A DNA stretch of 64,000 bases from Marsupella aquatica (lineage: Eukaryota; Plantae; Marchantiophyta): assembly GCA_973895155.1 (NCBI GenBank), contig OZ316892.1, positions 11,472,238-11,536,237 of the forward strand, given 5' to 3'. The notes under the pieces are model-generated. The model searched no databases and was not told where the DNA came from. It saw only the letters and a program-made list of their open reading frames with translations. Below are positions 53,690 through 64,000 of the stretch, piece by piece. Within the stretch, counting starts at the first letter, position 1. Each line of letters opens with the position of its first letter. A program made the position numbers and the translations under genes.

Positions 53690-53962
53690 TTTCCTCATCA
53701 TAGCTATTTCTTTTCAAGGAATGGGTAATCAGTCTAGTCTCACCCATGCTTGATGTTTTTTTCCTCCTCATAGCTATTTATCTTCAAGGAATGGGTAATC
53801 AGTCTAGTCTCACCCATGCTTGACTTTTTTTCCCTCCTCATAGCTATTTATTTTCAAAGAATGGGTAATCAGTCTAGTTTCACCCATGCTTGACTTTTTT
53901 CCCTCCTCATAGCTATTTATTTTCAAGGAATGGGTAATCAGTCTAGTTTCACCGATGCTTGA
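53690..53962. repeat. 70-bp tandem repeat, 4 copies
   Basis: TCATAGCTATTT.TTTTCAAGGAATGGGTAATCAGTCTAGT.TCACCCATGCTTGA occurs at 53698, 53768, 53838 and 53907. Confidence 0.92.
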
Positions 53963-54039
53963 CACTGGGAAATCTAGGTACCAGGTTGACTCCCCACAAC
54001 ATTCAATTTCCCTTGCCATCTCCCTTATACCCACCAGCA

Positions 54040-55140
54040 ATTCAGGTCAACATCACTACAGTATTGTTCTAAATGTTTGTAGTGTCCTAAATAAATATCA
54101 TCACTTACTCACAACACTCCAGGTCAACTTCACTACAGTATTGTTCTAAACATTTATAATGTCCCAAATAAACATCATCACTTACTCAGAACACTCCAGG
54201 TCACCATCAGTACAGTATTGTTCTAAATATTCACACTGTTGTAACTAGCATCACTTAAGCATTGTTCTAAATCTTTACAGGGTCCTAAATAAATACCATC
54301 ACTGACTCACAACACTTCAGGTCAACATCATTACCTCACTTAGCCAAAGGACTGTTCACAAAATAATCTGAAGGGAAAAGAATATCCTTCTCAAGTATTA
54401 TTTCTAAATATTTACAGGGTCCTAAATAAACGTCACCACTGATTCACAACACTTCAGGTCAACCTCACTACAGTCTTCTTGCTCGTTCTAACAAGTATGT
54501 CATACTGTTCTAATTATCCTCACTTATCTAAAGTACTCTTCTAAAAAATAATCTGAAGGGAAAAGAATATTCTGCTTAAGTATTGTTTCTAAATATTTAC
54601 AGGGTCCTAAATAAACGTCACCACTGATTCACAACACTTCAGGTCAACCCCACGACAGTCTTGCTCGTTCTAATAAATATTCACACTGTTCTAACTATCC
54701 TCACTTACCCACAGTACTGTTCTCAAAATAATCTGATTTAAAAGAATATCCTTCTTAAGTATTGTTCTAAATACATTACAGGGTCCTAAATAAACGTCAC
54801 CACTACTGAAGGCACTGATTCACAACACTTCAGGTCAACCTCACTACAGTCGTGTTCGTTCTAATAAATATGTCATACTGTTCTAACTATCCTCACTTAT
54901 CCAAAGTACTCTTCTCAAAATAATCTGAAGGGAAAATAATATCCTTCTTAAGTAATGTTTCTAAATATTTCCAGGTTCCTAAATAAAGGTCACCACTGAT
55001 TCACAAACACTTCAGGTCAACCTCACTACAGTCCTGCTCGTTCTAATAAATATGTCATACTGTTCTAAACTTCTAACTGTCCTCACTTACCACCCAAAGC
55101 ACTGTTCTCAAAATAATTTAAAGGGAAAGAATAATGTATC
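54040..55140. repeat. Compound tandem array (~78-bp monomers grading into ~185-bp units) immediately upstream of the ARF gene
   Basis: CTAAATATTTACAGGGTCCTAAATAAACGTCACCACTGATTCACAACACTTCAGGTCAAC recurs at ~54404, 54589, 54767 and 54961, with shorter related units at 54040-54330. Confidence 0.9.
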
Positions 55141-56262
55141 CTTTTCGGTCAGGGCGTGCGCGAACCCGACCGTCCCTACCACACACTCCCTACTCTACGC
55201 CTTTTGGGGCTTTTTGTTCGTGGTTCCGTCCAATTAGACTCTCTGGTCTTCGCCTTCGTCTCCGCCTCCGTCTCTTTCTCTCTTTCTCTTGCCCATGGCG
55301 TCTACCACGACGAGACTGCGACGAAGTGCGATGCTCCCTCTTGCTTCGATTCGTCGTCCATGGTGATTCTGCGCTGTTGGGTCGTAGCTGCTGTCCTCGC
55401 TATGCGCACCGGGAGGGAAGGAAGCTCGAGAAAGGAGTCGCTCGATCTGTGGTGAGCGTCGTGCAGGGGAATCCGGGCGACCTTCTTGTCGGAGCGTGTG
55501 TCTCTCTCTCTCTCCCTCTCCCTCTCTACTCGGTTGCGTATTAGGCAAAGCTTCAGCAGACAGCAGGCAGGGTTCGGGGGAGGTGATCGTGTGAAACGCT
55601 TCGTTGGGGGTTGCTTGCCACTTCGACCTGCGAAGGTCGAGCGCTTATGGCTTAGGACGGGCTCTGCTGCTTGTCGATTGAAGCTGCGGGTTGATGATAT
55701 GACACTTGCCAGAAGCGAAAATCCGTGCGCCTGCTTGTGAGTTGTGTATGGAGGAGTGTGGCACTTTTTCGGCCCTGTTGATGTTCCGGGGTTCGGTGAA
55801 GAGTGAAGCGTCGTATCTACGAGGTGACTGCCATATCTTCGCAATTTTGCCCTTTGACCCTACCTCGGCTTGGGCTCCTTTCAGCGTCTTCCTGTGAGGC
55901 CCGCGTGCGAAGGTTCGTTCCCAGTCATGGATCTTTAGGTTAGGACCTCCGCACAAAATTGTCTCGTGGGTTGGAGATTTGGCTCGTTTTTGAGGATAGA
56001 TCTCTCATCCCTGTGAGTGACGGACTCGCTGGGGTTAACGCAAGTACTCTGGAGACGGTGCTTACACGGAGCTTTTGTAATATCCAGGAGCCGGTTAAAA
56101 GTTTTTCGACGTTTTTCGGGTCTTCCGTTAGCTGTAACTCCATTGTGAATCCCAAACTCCCAAACGCATGGTCCACAGCCTGTGTGGGTCTTTTTGTTAG
56201 AAGGTCAAACTGTGCGTCAATATTGCGAAAATCGCGCCACCGCCCTGTGGTTCTTCTTTGGA

Positions 56263-59250
56263 ATGCCCGGGCCAAGTCCTGGTTGCGGTAGGATGAGTGG
56301 GACTAGTGTAAAGATGGAAAAATCGGAAGAGTCGATGGGCGGAGGCAAAAGTTGGGGCGGAGGGCGAGATCGAGATTCTTCTTCGGACGGTGTTGGAGAT
56401 CCTGGGGACAACACGGGCTTGGATCCGCAACTCTGGCATGCATGTGCAGGAGGTATGGTTCAACTTCCGCCTGTTGGAGCGAAAGTAATCTACTTCCCTC
56501 AAGGCCATGGCGAGCAAGCTGCAACACCTCCCGAATTTTCCAGGATATTGGGGCCAAGTGGAACAATCCCTTGCAAGGTAATTTCTGTGAGTTTTTTGGC
56601 TGATACGGAGACGGACGAAGTTTATGCTCGAATCCGTTTGCAGCCATTGCCGCCTGAACCTGCTCAATCCCATTCCGATTCGTCGCTGGAAGATGCAGGT
56701 CCACCTTCTCCCTCGCCGGAGAAGCCCGCTTCATTTGCGAAGACCCTCACGCAAAGTGATGCTAACAACGGTGGAGGATTCTCCGTACCTCGTTACTGTG
56801 CTGAAACCATATTTCCCCCGCTGGACTACGCGATTGATCCACCCGTGCAAACTGTCCTAGCTAAAGACGTCCACGGCGAAAGGTGGAAGTTTCGTCATAT
56901 CTACAGAGGAACTCCGAGGAGGCATCTTCTTACGACCGGTTGGAGTACCTTCGTAAACCAAAAGAAGCTAGTTGCTGGTGACGCAATCGTCTTTCTTAGG
57001 ACAGCTAGCGGAGAGCTTTGCGTGGGAGTTAGGAGGTCAATGCGAGGCAATGGAGGATCCGACTCCTCCACCTGGTCCGCTGGATCCTCCACCTCGCACC
57101 ATCGTCCCAATCGGTGGGAAGTTAAGGGTACGGAAACCTTCTCAGAGTTCTTCGGTGGGGACTCAGGGTCGGGCTCGGTGATTTCAGGTGGAACCGTAAC
57201 GGCGACAAGGGGTCTCGGTAGTAGTAACTCTGGACCAGGAATCGGAATATCTGGCCCTTCCACCACCAGCAGTTTCGCAAGAAACAGGGCTCGAGTCACA
57301 GCGCAGTCAGTCTTAGAAGCAGCTTCGCTGGCTGCCAATGGTCAGCCATTCGAAGTAGTTTACTATCCCCGGGCAAGCACTGCTGAGTTTTGTGTGAAAG
57401 CACAGGCTGTCAAAGCGGCTTTGGATCACCAATGGTACGCAGGAATGAGGTTCAAGATGGCCTTCGAAACCGAGGATTCGTCGAGGATCAGTTGGTTCAT
57501 GGGGACCATCGCTGCGGTACAACCTTGCGACCCTTTGTGGTCCAAGTCTCCTTGGCGTGTTCTTCAGGTATTTGCGGCTAGACTTCTCTCTGCTTGCCGG
57601 TGGGGAAAATTCCATTGCCTGTTCCAGTGAAGTTTCTTCGGTTGATTGTCGGTTCCTACTGACAAGACTAGATGAATTTTCCTTCAGTGGTATTTATCTC
57701 AAGGTTCGACCCACTGACGTAAATTGGCGTAGACGTGAAGAGTTTGTAGCCTTCTGCACACTTGTTTTTCTAATTTTGAGGTCGAGGTGATGGACTTCGT
57801 ATCGTTCACAAGTCTGCTTGGGATATCGTGAGCTGCAAATTAATCGATGTTGGATGTGATCTTATCCAGGTGAATTGGGATGAACCCGACCTCCTTCAAG
57901 GTGTGAGTCGTGTGAGCCCATGGCAAGTGGAGTTGGTGTCAACGCTGCCCATGCAGTTGCCACCATTTTCTCTACCTAAGAAGAAGCTCCGGGCTGCTCA
58001 ACCTTCTGACATGAATATAGCGGGTCAAGGGCTGATGGGAATGTCTATGTCAACCTTACCTACTGTTTTTGGGCAAATCAACCCCTGGGCGCACGGACTT
58101 ATCATGGAGGAAGTTCCTGCGGGCATGCAGGGAGCCAGGCATGATCGAGTTTTTGGTGTCGCCTTGCCGGAGCAATTCCGGTCTGGGAAAATCCAAGGCA
58201 GGTTCTTCACAGCGGACGGTTTCTATCATCCAGATCATTCCGGCAGAGGAAGTTGTAGGCTGATTGAACCTCACCTAAATGCATATCCACTGCCAGGGCG
58301 TGAAAGTAATCTCAACTCTATTATGAGTTCTTTGGGAAAACCCTCCCAGGAGGACCATGGAACGGCTGGTCTGGTCGTCCCAACAACATGGACTGGAGCA
58401 TCGACAAACAGAAGTGTGTCAAGCACACCTTTCGTTCTGTTTGGACAAGCTATAAACCCAGACTCGAATAGAAGCCAACATCAACATTCAGGCGGAAGCT
58501 CGTCCGATGGGCTTACCTCACTTCAGCATTTGAAAGAAGAGTCTCTTGGGAAAAGGAAGGAGTGCCCTTCCACGATTCACAACTACAAAGAGGAGTCACC
58601 TGTGAGCAGAAAGGAGCCGCCATCAGAATCTAGTCAAACCGAGACCGCTGAAAGGGCCCAAAAGTATATGACCGTCTACCTCAATGGAAAACCTAGTGAT
58701 TTCAGAGGTTTGGGATCTGGAGACACCTTCAAATGGGAATCTGGGCTGGATAAGGATAGAAATCTAGAGAAGCAAGGCTCGTCTACTACAGGGGAGTCGT
58801 TCTCACACTGCAAGGTTTTCAGAGAATCTGACGAGGTTGGACGTACAGTGGACCTTTTTCAATTCTCGTCATATGAAGAGCTTTACGAGAGGATTGCGGT
58901 CATGTTTAGTTTGGAGGTCAAGCTTTTAATGAACGCAATGGTGTATAGAGACGCGGGAAGTCACCCAAAGACCGTGGGAAGAGAACCTTACAGGTAGCTT
59001 CTTGGGTATGCCGTATTGCTCGATAAGACTTGCTCGGTACTGATATAGTATGGACACATTTGACGAATGATACCAAATGAACAGGGAGTTTCCTTTGCTG
59101 TGAACCTTACCTTGCTTCACTTCAAATTTGATGGCTAGCACGCAGAACTATTCTGATTATGTTTTCTGGTGGTTATGCAGACTCTTCGCAAAGTCAGCAA
59201 GGCGAGTCACAATTCTTTCCGAACAAAACAACAGTAAGATGCGGGCATAG
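56263..59250 (+). CDS. ARF3: Class C auxin response factor (ARF10/16/17 clade; MpARF3-like), 832 aa
   Basis: Exons 56263-57567, 57870-58993, 59181-59250. It has LWHACAG, a B3 domain (SFAKTLTQSDANNGGGFSVPRYCAETIFPPLDY, WKFRHIYRGTPRRHLLTTGWS), a class C G/S-rich insertion, FKMAFETEDSSRISWFMGTI, the miR160-encoded AGMQGARH, an LFG motif and a PB1 domain (HCKVFRESDEVGRTVDL). Confidence 0.96.
58121..58141 (+). promoter_or_regulatory. miR160 target site in ARF mRNA
   Basis: GGGCATGCAGGGAGCCAGGCA is complementary to miR160 (UGCCUGGCUCCCUGUAUGCCA) with one G:U pair and one terminal mismatch. Confidence 0.95.
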
Positions 59251-62200
59251 AGTTGTTGACCCACGAGGGTTAAGAGCCAGTTTATGAAGAGGAAATGACT
59301 GGCAGGTAGATACGCAAGATGCACAACATTTTAAAACTATGCAACTTTGCGTCATTGAAGCGTCGAAGTGATTTGGTCGTACTTATTTTTTGTGGGTATT
59401 CTTATGTCGGTGAGATGTAAATGACTCGTTGCCATCTATATATTGAAACCCTCATATTCGTTGTAATATTTTCTTTTGCATACATTGTTCGGACTTTGGT
59501 GTCGAGTATCTGACACTTTTCTGTAGGAGTGTACAGTGAAGCGTTTTAGCTTTGCAGATTTTTCTGGATTTTTCTTTCTTGATGGATCCTGATGCAAAAT
59601 GAAACTTCCTAAATTTATCGCTAGGCTCAATATAACTCTGGAAATTGCTAGCTGTTTCTTCTGTCGGTCTGATGGATTTGCAAGTCTCAAGACAACAAGG
59701 ATCAACTCAAGACAGTTGAATGAGGAATATGCAACGGGCGCATGGTACCAACCGAGGTTCCTGGGTTCAAGTTGCCATGCAACCATTTACATGGCATATT
59801 TAGCACGAGAGATAAATCTAAGTTATGTGGCATTTGGGGCTGCCGTAATTACTGAACTACCGCTCGCAAGGCGTCCACTGTTTACTACTCCAGTCGAGAT
59901 TGGGGCCTTCTTGTTTTCCATTGTGAAGATTCGGCCAAGAAAACTCTTATAATGCACGCCAATTCTCCTGTTGTTGCTCGTCCGCTCAGCACAGCAAAGT
60001 GAAGACAAGTCGGATATCATGACTCATCTGTGTTCACAAATGCTGCACAACTTCTTGGTGGAATGTAGCATAGTGGCACACCAAAATAAAGTTGAGGGCT
60101 AACCTATATTTCTGTCTACCAAGTGATTTACTTAGTTATAATTTTCTTTGTGATTTCATCAATTTTGAATTAAGTTTAATCCTCCATGTACATTATTTCA
60201 TTTTTGAATATGATTTTATTTAGTTATTATTTAATTTTAACTGTAGCCTATGAAGGCTATTTGCTTTGTTATTCCATCAATTTTGAATTTAGTTTAAACC
60301 TCCACATACTTCTTTATTATTCCAATTTTAGATTTAGCTAAGAACTCATTTATGTTTTCCTTCATTCCTTTGTCTTCCTTGCCTTCCATAACTTTCCCTG
60401 TCATGGAAGGGAAAAGAACTACCCACCACTTCACTACACTAGTCTCATACTCAGGACTTGTCATTACATTTATTGAAGAGTTTCATGGCCCATACCCTTG
60501 GTCTGTGCATCTCCGTGTCTTGCACATTCAGACTTGTCATTATATTTATTTAAGAGTTTCATGGCCCATACCGACTGTCATCTCAGTGTCTTGCACATGT
60601 CCAAGACCTGCTCCAACTGTATTTATTCATAATAAAGTCATTTTTATTATTTTATTCTAAATTAAATTAAATAAGATATCATAACATTATTTATATAAAT
60701 ATTTTGAAAAAGTTCAGTTAAGAAGGTCTCAACGAGATTGGCACACCAAAATAAAGTTGGAAACAAACCTAAAGAAATAAACACTTTGCCATTTCGATTG
60801 ATCTACCTGTTGGAGTGGTCCCAATAAATGATTTGAGCAACAGGGGCATGGTACAAACGAAAAACTCTGATTCAACCTTAAATTATTAACTTTCATTTCT
60901 GTGAAGTCATAAAAAAGGTCCCAGCAACCTGTAATTCTAGTACAAGGTAGCCTTGCGTCTTGCCTAAGGAGTTGCAAGTTTGATACTGAGATATAGATAA
61001 ATATTTGAACTTCCATATTAGGCGTCCAGATTTTCCAAAAAAGCTAGGATCAACTTTTCCAACCTTGGTAGATTGGCAATGAAACCTCTTTTCTGCTCAC
61101 GTACTGCAAATTACACTGATGAATTAAATGTGGTAAGTGGATTGGCAATGAAACCCTATGCTCATATAGTACTTATCACACTGCCAAATAAAAATGTGGC
61201 AAGAAAGCGAGACAGTAGTCTTTGGAAATTTGTAGGTATCCCAATTCTCAACAAAATTTGACAATAGTAGGCTAATTGGAAAGGCCTAACTACAAAAAAT
61301 CAGATTTCAAAGGATATGAGGTAGATTGTGAGTGATGAGTAATCTTTAGAAATTGGCGTAACTCTCTCAATTCTTCATGAAAACTGGAGATATGAGAATG
61401 GATGGAAAATATTCCAAAGAAGTTCTAAGGAGCCCTCGAAGACCTGGTTCTATTGGATGTCAAGGGAGATAGTGAATGTCAAACCTTGTCGTTAAAAACA
61501 TTTTGGATTCGACAAAGGTGTCAATGAGTGAAGGTGTAAAAGATATCCCTAGTCCAGGGGGGTTGCATGATTCACGGGCTCAGTCCATGGGAGCATCATT
61601 GTTTTGCAAAACAACTGGTATATATGAATTGCTGCAAAACGATTATGACTACATACATTCTTGTGCCCAAAATTGTCCTGGCATCCATCCCCCGATAGAC
61701 AGTGAAAAACCCACTAAATGCTTTACTTGACTCACCAAAGTAAGAAAGGCTAAGAGCACCATAGCTTGTAAATGTTGATGGCTCTTTACAAGTTTCATAA
61801 GAAGCCATCCAATTCTACACTAGACTATAGTCCCACAAGCCTCAGCCCTCCTCATCAATGACTGATCCCCTGACGGTCAATCCAGTTTAATACCCCACTG
61901 ACCCCTTATCTGTCTCGTAGTCTGGAGACCCCCATCTCCCAAAACGAAGTCTATTCTGCCTTCTGCACTTTTGCCAATGGTACGACCACAGACTTTATGG
62001 CCTCCCAGCATAAATTTTCGAAACCTTTTGGGACGAGCTTAAGCAGCCCTACCGGGAGATGTTAAACACCTCCTTCACCTCTGGGCACCTCCACCAGAAT
62101 TAGTGTAATTTCCCTATTGTTTGGAGCAGGGTATAAACAATTGGTGGAAAATGAAAGACCGTTCCTCCTTTGTACAGATTACAAGATTATTGTAGAAACC

Positions 62201-63702
62201 TCACTGGACTTACAAAATTTGTCATTGCCAATAGAGTTTTCAGTAAAAGCAGCCTATGAAAAGATGGGTGCTTACCTATAATTCTAAAATACAAGTTACC
62301 TTAACCGTAGCATGAAGAAACTTTTCAGCCACAACTCAGGGTTACTTGTAGCAAAATGATTCTAGGGCAGCAATGTCTCTCCCCTCACACGGTCTACTTT
62401 GGTGTATGGAGCATTTCTGACAGTTTTTGCTTTATCTAGAGTGCATGCCCATGGTCCATGGTGATGCTCTATTGTTCTATTGCCACTCGTGCTTTGCCTT
62501 ATGCTGGTTCACTGTAGCTCTGCCACGTATGCTTGAAGCTGCTCCCATCCGATCGATGCTACTGCTTGACCTCACCCTGCTGTGGGGATCAACAGAATGC
62601 TGTAAGTTGGACCTCGCCTTACTGCTGGATGTTGCTAATGTGAGTGACTTAGGCGTGGCCGCCCCCATAGTTTGTTTTGGCATTTTTGTCCTGTATTATA
62701 CTCTTGTGTAGTTTAGTTCCCCTGCCGAAAGCTAAGTCACCTTGTGTAATCCCTAAACCGGCTTTCACCATGTGAACTCACCTGCTAAAAGTCCATTTAC
62801 AAAAAAACTCGAAAATCTTGCTCTAGGATTAAACCTGACTGGTCCCAATTAAACACATGTATAGTCACCAAACAGCTCAATGTGGATTATTCTAAAGGCT
62901 ATGCCCTTGTGGACGTTGAAATGGCCTACTTCACAAAATTCATTTTGGGCCATTTTGATGTGTATTGAATGTAGAATAGATTAGTGTGCACTTCATTTCT
63001 TTTTTTTCAAGTAAAAGGCTTTATAGCAAGGCAGGGGGCAAAAACCATCCCATGCAGGAAAACCAACAAAGAGCTCTATTGTTGTTACAGTGCTGTAAGT
63101 TTAGTATCTCTGTTTCCAAAGCTCACCTGATGCGCAATGTTCAGTAACTTGTCAGTCTCCTTAGCGGTGCATTGCTGCATCAGAGCGTGCTTGCTATCCC
63201 AGCATAGATTACTAAGAGTTTCTACATCTGTTTGATGTCTTTTCTATGACACCCGATTAGTAAGGTTCATCTAAGATATTGAATATACAATCATATTGAC
63301 ATTAAAGATATATACATCTAAACCAAAATGGATTTCAATATCCCAAACGCTTGTCAATTTGATACATATTTATGTACACTAACAAATTTGGCTATCAAAT
63401 GGATACGCAACCCATTTTGGTGATGTATGACTCACTCAAGCACAACTACCCACACAAATCTCATTTCATGGTTCTCCACCAGGGTAACTTTGTCCAAATC
63501 CTGGTAAATGGACATTTATCCAACAAAATTCCCATTCTTTCTTGGGTTTGGCCAGGATGTCTTCACTAAAGGCCTCCCTCCTCTTCCTCTGTGCATACTA
63601 GTCTGATTGACCCTATTATGTAGTGCCATTTCTGTTTTCACAGGTTCTGGGAGATAATTGATTATTATTTTTCCAGTAAATGACCTAACACCTGAGTATT
63701 CT

Positions 63703-63974
63703 CTCGGGGGTTTCACTTCCACAAAAATGGCACATCACGTACAATGAAGTATAGGGTCATTTTATTGGCTCAAAGAGAAGACTTAAGAAGTTTCTAAGAA
63801 GAACAATAGGGACTTATAATAACATTAGGGGCCTTATAACCTAATTTTTGGAATATTTCAAGAATACTCCAACTTTATAGGGGCTATTTAAAAAAAATTT
63901 ATTATATTTTAGGGGGTCTGAGACCTAAAAATGTTACAGGTGATGGGGAGACATACAAATAATGAGACCCCAGG
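63703..63974. mobile_element. MITE, inverted copy of the 35253-35544 family
   Basis: The reverse complement aligns along the length of 35253-35544. Ends are CTCGGGGGTTTCACT / TGAGACCCCAGG, and the flanks AGTATTCT/AGTATTAT give a 7/8 TSD. Confidence 0.82.
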
Positions 63975-64000
63975 AGTATTATTCTCCTGATTTAGTTTAA

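Noticed and set aside
58121-58141. miR160 site as a novel finding
   Set aside because: It is real, but a well-established feature of class C ARFs, so it is listed as a feature only.
59740-59785. tRNA-like GAGGTTCCTGGGTTCAAG with a weak stem downstream of ARF
   Set aside because: No A box or cloverleaf, and the stem is imperfect and short.

Overview
This is eukaryotic nuclear DNA from a land plant, most likely a complex thalloid liverwort related to Marchantia (inferred from the class C ARF N-terminus as recalled for MpARF3). I reconstructed six recognisable intron-containing genes by hand from GT-AG sites and reading-frame continuity. On the minus strand these are an LNK clock co-activator (runs off the left edge), AP-4 sigma, nuclear-encoded plastid EF-Tu, AP-2 mu and PEX2, which has an apparent 1-nt frameshift. 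On the plus strand is a class C auxin response factor with a miR160 site. A repeat-rich block between AP2M and PEX2 holds an intact two-exon orphan gene with an internally duplicated domain I do not recognise. Intergenic DNA contains two non-autonomous Helitrons with non-canonical CTCG/CTCA 3' ends, three copies of a MITE family with 8-bp TSDs, tRNA-derived SINE-like and LINE endonuclease remnants, and many tandem repeats. I found no CRISPR, rRNA or intact tRNA. All calls come from reading the sequence; no database searches were run.
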